18,560 nucleotides of DNA, from assembly GCA_040902005.1 (NCBI GenBank), contig JBBDYA010000097.1, positions 1-18,560 of the forward strand, written 5' to 3'. The notes beneath the pieces were generated by a model. That model was given only the letters and a program-made list of their open reading frames with translations. It did not search any database and was not told the origin of the DNA. The translations under genes and the position numbers were made by a program. The DNA is from Gemmatimonadaceae bacterium. GTDB taxonomy: Bacteria; Gemmatimonadota; Gemmatimonadetes; Gemmatimonadales; Gemmatimonadaceae. Shown in pieces: positions 15,415 to 18,560 of this stretch (positions are counted from its first letter, which is position 1; each line of letters starts with the position of its first letter).

Positions 15415-16737
15415 TCAGACGGCGTCGCTCACGCTCGCAAAGTTGAAGTCGCGCACCCGCAGCGCAGGCATGGCCTCGCTGTTCGACACGCGGACGGGCG
15501 CGCCGACCGCGTCGAGCTTGCCCAGCATGAACAGCGGACTCTCGTTGAAGCGCATGTTCTGCACGGGGCGCGCAATCCTGCCGTCCTCGATCAGGAAGGT
15601 GCCGTCCCTGGTGAGGCCGGTGTACAGCAGCGTGCGCGAATTCACCGGACGGATGTACCAGAACCGCGTGACGAGCACGCCGCGCTCCGTGCTCGCGATG
15701 ATGTCCGCCAGCGACTGCGTGCCGCCGGTCATGATGAGCGAACCGGAAGTGCCGATCACCGGCACCCCGTTCTTCTGCGCCCAGAAGGGGGAGTAGTCCA
15801 GGTTCCTGAGCACGCCGTTCTCGATCCAGGTGCGCGGCTGTACGGGACGCCCGTCGTTGTCGTACGGGCTGCCAAGGATCAGGGGATGCGATGCGTCGGA
15901 GATGAACGACACGCGCTGGTCCATGATCTGCTCGCCGACCTTCGTTCCGCCGCCGGGTTTGGAGAACGCGCTGCGTCCTTCCATCGCGGAGCGCGCGCTG
16001 AACGCGTTGGCCACGAGCGACACGAGGTCCGCCGCGGCCTGCGGCTCGAGCACCACGGTGTAGCGCCCGGGCTCGATGCGCACCGGGTTGCGCGACAGGC
16101 GCGCCTTGGCGATGGCGGTGTCGCTGGCTGCCTGAAAGTTCACCTTCGTCCAGTCGGGGTGGTTCGCGCCCCCCCAGCCGCTGCCGGTGCCGTCGTTCGT
16201 GCGCACCGTGGTGGTGAAGTCCACGGAGGTGGACGGCCGGTAGGCGAACAGGCCGGCGCTGTTGCCCAGCGCGTTGACGCGATCGTTCACGAGGAGAATG
16301 CCAGCGGCCTTGAGTCCCCCCGCGCTCGCGGCGGCGCTCAGGGTGACGCCGGCAGCCTGCGCCCGGTCCGCGGCGGTGGCGCCGGCGGTGGAGCCGAAGT
16401 GCCCGTCCACTTCCTTGTATGTCTGCGGGCCCACGAGGGGCATCTTCTCCGGGTTCTCGGGGGCGAGGCGGGCGAGCGCCTCGCTCTGTCGCACCGCGCG
16501 CTGGAGTCCCTCGTCCGTCACGTCGTTCGTGGTCGCCACCGCGTGGCGCCGGCCGAACGCGCTGAAGACCCGCACGTCCAGGTCGTTCACGCCGCCGGCC
16601 GTGGTAATCCGGTTGTCGGCGAACCGGATGTTGTTTTCCACGCCGGCGCCGAGCGACACCTGGATCTCGTCCGCCCGCGACATCTTCACCACGCGCTCGA
16701 TGAGCGCCTGCGCCTCGTCCCTGGTCATCACGGGCAT
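15415..16737 (-). CDS. TldD/PmbA family non-catalytic subunit (TldE/PmbA-like)
   Basis: MPVMTRDEAQ...RFADNRIT...PGRYTVVLEPQA...WIENGVL...TRFWYIR...TGLTRDG; no HExxxH motif. ATG overlaps the tldD TGA. Confidence 0.9.
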   Translation of the reverse strand: MPVMTRDEAQALIERVVKMSRADEIQVSLGAGVENNIRFADNRITTAGGVNDLDVRVFSAFGRRHAVATTNDVTDEGLQRAVRQSEALARLAPENPEKMPLVGPQTYKEVDGHFGSTAGATAADRAQAAGVTLSAAASAGGLKAAGILLVNDRVNALGNSAGLFAYRPSTSVDFTTTVRTNDGTGSGWGGANHPDWTKVNFQAASDTAIAKARLSRNPVRIEPGRYTVVLEPQAAADLVSLVANAFSARSAMEGRSAFSKPGGGTKVGEQIMDQRVSFISDASHPLILGSPYDNDGRPVQPRTWIENGVLRNLDYSPFWAQKNGVPVIGTSGSLIMTGGTQSLADIIASTERGVLVTRFWYIRPVNSRTLLYTGLTRDGTFLIEDGRIARPVQNMRFNESPLFMLGKLDAVGAPVRVSNSEAMPALRVRDFNFASVSDAV

Positions 16738-18347
16738 CAGCCGGTCCTCCCGGTGTTGATGACCCGCTGGTTTTTGAACCGCGCCGGGGGACAGAAGTGC
16801 GAGACGGCGCTCGTCTGTCCGGGCTCGCCCTTGCCATCGTTGAACGTGGCGCCGTGCCCGTAGCTGCCTCGGCCGCCGAGCATGTCGAGCGCGTTCCAGA
16901 AATCCGGGGTGCGCATGACATAGGCTACGTCCTTGAGCTGCCCCACGATCTTGCCGCCGCGAATCTCGTAGCACACCTGCGCCCCGAACTGGCCGTTGTA
17001 GCGCTGCTGGTCGATCGAGTACGTGCCGCGGCTGAGCATCGCGATCCCCTTGTCGGTCGCGGCGATGAGGTCGTCCCAGGAGCGCTCCTGTTCGCCGGGC
17101 AGCAGGGAGACGTTGGGCATGCGCTGGAACTGCACGCTGCTCCAGCTGTCCGCGTGACAGTTGCCGTGCGAGCGCAGGGGACGGTTCTGCCGCTGGTACC
17201 ACCAGTCGAGCGACGGCGCCAGCTCGCGTGTGGTCTGGTAGTCGTTGAACATGCCGTTCTTCACGATGAGGAAATCGTCCGGCTTGATCCCGTCGTCGTC
17301 GAAGCCGATCGTGGCGCAGCCGCCCTCTTCCGAGCGGTTGCCAAGGAAATTCATGAAGTCGGGACCGAGCCGCACGGCGCCGAGCTTCTCGCGCGGCGGC
17401 GCCAGGAAGCTGGTGCCGGCCATGTTGGCCTCGTGCCCCAGCGCGCGGTCCAACTCCGTGGAGTGGCCGATGGACTCGTGGATGGTGAGAAAGAGGTGCG
17501 AGGGGTGGAGCACGAGATCCCACAGCCCCGCCTCCACGCTCTTCGCCTTCAGCTTCTCCGCGGCCTGCTCGCCCCAGTGGCGTGCGTTGTTCACCACGTC
17601 CTGCGCGAGGATGTACTCGTAGCCGCGTCCGATGGGCTGGACGACGTTCCCGCGACTCTGGGAGTCGGAATTGTCCGACGCCACCGCGGTGACGTTGAAG
17701 GGAAGGTCGCTGCGGATGATCGTCTGCGAGAGGATGGAGCCGTCGGTATTGGCGTAGTGCTTTTCCTCCTTCACGAACGACATGCCGCTGGAGACGAAGC
17801 GCACGCTCGGCACCTTCGCGGCTTCCGCGTTCGCCCGGAACAGGAGCTCGGCTTTTTCCTCGACGGGAATGTCCCACGGGTCGGTGACGTACGCGGACTT
17901 CCAGGTCTGGCGGCCGTGGTTCTCGCCGGGGGCGAGGATCACCGGGGCGGCGCCGGGCAGCCGATTCGCGTTGGCGATGGCAATGGCTTCGCGCACCGCG
18001 GCGGTGACGCCGTCGGGTGTGAGGTTGCGGGTGCCGGCAAAGCCCCAGGTGCCGCGCACGAGCGCGCGCACGCCGAGCCCGATGCTGTCGGTGTCCACGA
18101 CGTTGACGATCTGCTGCTCGCGCGTGGCCACGGTCTGCCGTCGGTAGCGTCCGATGCGGGCGTCGGCGAACGACGCGCCGGCGGACTTCAGGGCGTCCAC
18201 GGCCTGGAGCAGCAGCGTCTCGATGTCCGACGGGGCGAGCTCGGCGAACGTGTTGGCCCAGGCTTCGGCGGGACGGATCAGGCGTCCGCCGACGACCAGC
18301 CCGGCCGCGGCTGCGCTGGTCCTCAGGAATTCGCGTCGTTTCGTCAT
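16737..18347 (-). CDS. tldD: TldD metalloprotease with Tat signal peptide
   Basis: KRREFLR twin-arginine leader; HESIGH zinc motif; GKGEPGQ...SHFCPPARF C-terminus. Confidence 0.92.
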   Translation of the reverse strand: MTKRREFLRTSAAAAGLVVGGRLIRPAEAWANTFAELAPSDIETLLLQAVDALKSAGASFADARIGRYRRQTVATREQQIVNVVDTDSIGLGVRALVRGTWGFAGTRNLTPDGVTAAVREAIAIANANRLPGAAPVILAPGENHGRQTWKSAYVTDPWDIPVEEKAELLFRANAEAAKVPSVRFVSSGMSFVKEEKHYANTDGSILSQTIIRSDLPFNVTAVASDNSDSQSRGNVVQPIGRGYEYILAQDVVNNARHWGEQAAEKLKAKSVEAGLWDLVLHPSHLFLTIHESIGHSTELDRALGHEANMAGTSFLAPPREKLGAVRLGPDFMNFLGNRSEEGGCATIGFDDDGIKPDDFLIVKNGMFNDYQTTRELAPSLDWWYQRQNRPLRSHGNCHADSWSSVQFQRMPNVSLLPGEQERSWDDLIAATDKGIAMLSRGTYSIDQQRYNGQFGAQVCYEIRGGKIVGQLKDVAYVMRTPDFWNALDMLGGRGSYGHGATFNDGKGEPGQTSAVSHFCPPARFKNQRVINTGRTG

Positions 18348-18408
18348 CTGGCCACGTTATCCGGGGGCGCGACCTGGGGCAACCGTGCGTCGGTCGTTGG
18401 GCTTGTGC

Positions 18409-18560
18409 GCGGTCGGCGGGGTGCGCTCCGCGCGGATCACGCTCGCGCGTTAGTCGTTGCCCGCGGGAGCGGTCGGCGGGGTGCGCTCCGCGCGGAACAC
18501 GCTGTGCTCCTCGTCGCGTTCTCCGTCGCTATCGCTCCGTGCGAACGCTCCTGCGGTGCT
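18409..18560. repeat. Second modular repeat element (truncated by window end)
   Basis: 35-bp direct repeat at 18409-18443 and 18469-18503 (1 mismatch), followed by the core shared with 6676-6740 (63/65 identical). Confidence 0.85.

Noticed and set aside
15044..16921. Long antisense/alternative ORFs (15044-16921, 15211-16863) sharing an identical peptide
   Set aside because: The shared peptide is a consequence of the 63-bp inverted repeat; the rest is shadow ORF of GC-rich tldE.
16738..17877. 820-aa ORF suggesting a long TldE
   Set aside because: The upstream 380 codons are an alternative frame overlapping tldD; the real start is 16737.

Overview
GC-rich bacterial window. The gene content (Hanks-type kinases with TolB-like propellers, Tat-signal TldD, Uma2) is Gemmatimonadota-like, which is an inference. 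The left ~8 kb is an accessory hotspot downstream of a WYL/WCX regulator gene. It holds an intact higBA pair, two DUF2283 antitoxin-like genes, a Uma2 nuclease, a DUF4926 antitoxin-like gene, broken toxin partners (DUF4258-like and DUF6883-like) and two chimeric ORFs. Three pairs of duplicated anchor sequences (WYL 3' tail, DUF2283, DUF1640-like promoter+ORF) each bracket a block of cargo, suggesting stepwise accretion without any integrase or transposase in view. The right ~10.5 kb is mostly minus-strand: a DUF2779-type Cas4-like/exonuclease protein, DksA/TraR-like protein, a small basic ORF missing from the ORF track, a phosphodiester glycosidase, a second kinase, a TPR protein and tldD/tldE. 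A plus-strand MNT-HEPN fusion with an internally deleted HEPN domain lies among them. Intergenic DNA holds a modular palindromic repeat family (6.6-6.9 kb, 9.5-9.7 kb, 10.3 kb, 18.4-18.56 kb) and a hairpin with 63-bp arms at 15.2-15.4 kb. Family names come from motif recognition by eye, not from database searches.
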